Shown here in pieces: positions 63,566-64,000 of a stretch of 64,000 bases of DNA. The stretch's first letter is position 1. Every line of letters begins with the position of its first letter. The stretch is taken from positions 288,001-352,000 of the forward strand of contig CAVOUE010000003.1 in assembly GCA_963699545.1 (NCBI GenBank). The letters are read 5' to 3'. A model generated the notes under the pieces. The model did no database searches, was not told where the DNA came from, and saw only the letters and a program-made list of their open reading frames with translations. A program made the position numbers and the translations under genes. This DNA comes from Nitrospirota bacterium (GTDB taxonomy: Bacteria; Nitrospirota; Thermodesulfovibrionia; Thermodesulfovibrionales; UBA9159).

Positions 63566-64000
63566 GAATTTTGATTGGGTCACCCTTTCCCTTGTCATCC
63601 TGCTTTCCATTACCGGGATAATGACCATTTACAGTGCGACGCGTTCTCCCCTTCCGGGAGGTGAGATGCCATCATATTACATAAGGCAATTTTACTGGCT
63701 TGTGGTGAGCATTATCGCCCTGATAGGGGTGGTGAGCTTCGATTATATCTGGCTGAAGCGGTTTGCCTATGCCTTTTACGGTATCGGCATTGTCCTTCTC
63801 CTGCTGGTCCTCTTCATGGGAAGGACAGGGATGGGCGCCCAGCGCTGGCTCAACCTCGGGATATTTTCCTTTCAGCCTGCAGAGGTATTCAGACTGCTGT
63901 ATGTGGTGACGATAGCCCGATACCTCAGTGAAATCCAGGGCAAGGTCGGGCTTGTCTTTTTGCTGAAAGCTTTTCTTCTGCTTTCATTTGTTCCGGTGGT
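63540..64000 (+). CDS. rodA: RodA peptidoglycan glycosyltransferase (5' part, runs off the window)
   Basis: GTG start, KIDRRLIKNFDW..IYSAT..MGAQRWL.LG.FSFQPAE; follows mrdA. Confidence 0.92.
   Translation, partial: MKIDRRLIKNFDWVTLSLVILLSITGIMTIYSATRSPLPGGEMPSYYIRQFYWLVVSIIALIGVVSFDYIWLKRFAYAFYGIGIVLLLLVLFMGRTGMGAQRWLNLGIFSFQPAEVFRLLYVVTIARYLSEIQGKVGLVFLLKAFLLLSFVPV

Overview
A core-genome window spanning the replication origin of a GC-rich (roughly mid-50s %, by eye) anaerobe-like Gram-negative bacterium. Gene order (lnt-prfB-oriC-dnaA-dnaN-gyrB-gyrA without recF, RDD-mreBCD-mrdA-rodA, futalosine-pathway mqnB/mqnD, selA/selB, multiheme cytochromes) suggests Nitrospirota (Thermodesulfovibrionia-like); that placement is inference. 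It holds about 58 CDS, tRNA-Phe(GAA), tRNA-Leu(CAA), and an oriC with DnaA boxes and DnaA-trios. No CRISPR array, prophage or transposase was seen. Main observations: (1) 14 single-base indels break genes, including essential ones, and 10 of them restore to the same hexamer GGAGAC/GTCTCC. This is best explained as long-read basecalling error at a modified DNA motif, i.e. an epigenetic signature. (2) A probable sigma54-driven cluster of two pairs of paralogous small membrane proteins surrounds a nonaheme cytochrome (1568-4275). (3) A 36-aa Cys3His basic microprotein is missing from the ORF track. (4) Three 140-180 bp inverted-repeat-bounded elements lie within 4.4 kb. (5) A perfect 20-bp CsoR-like palindrome sits upstream of gyrA.
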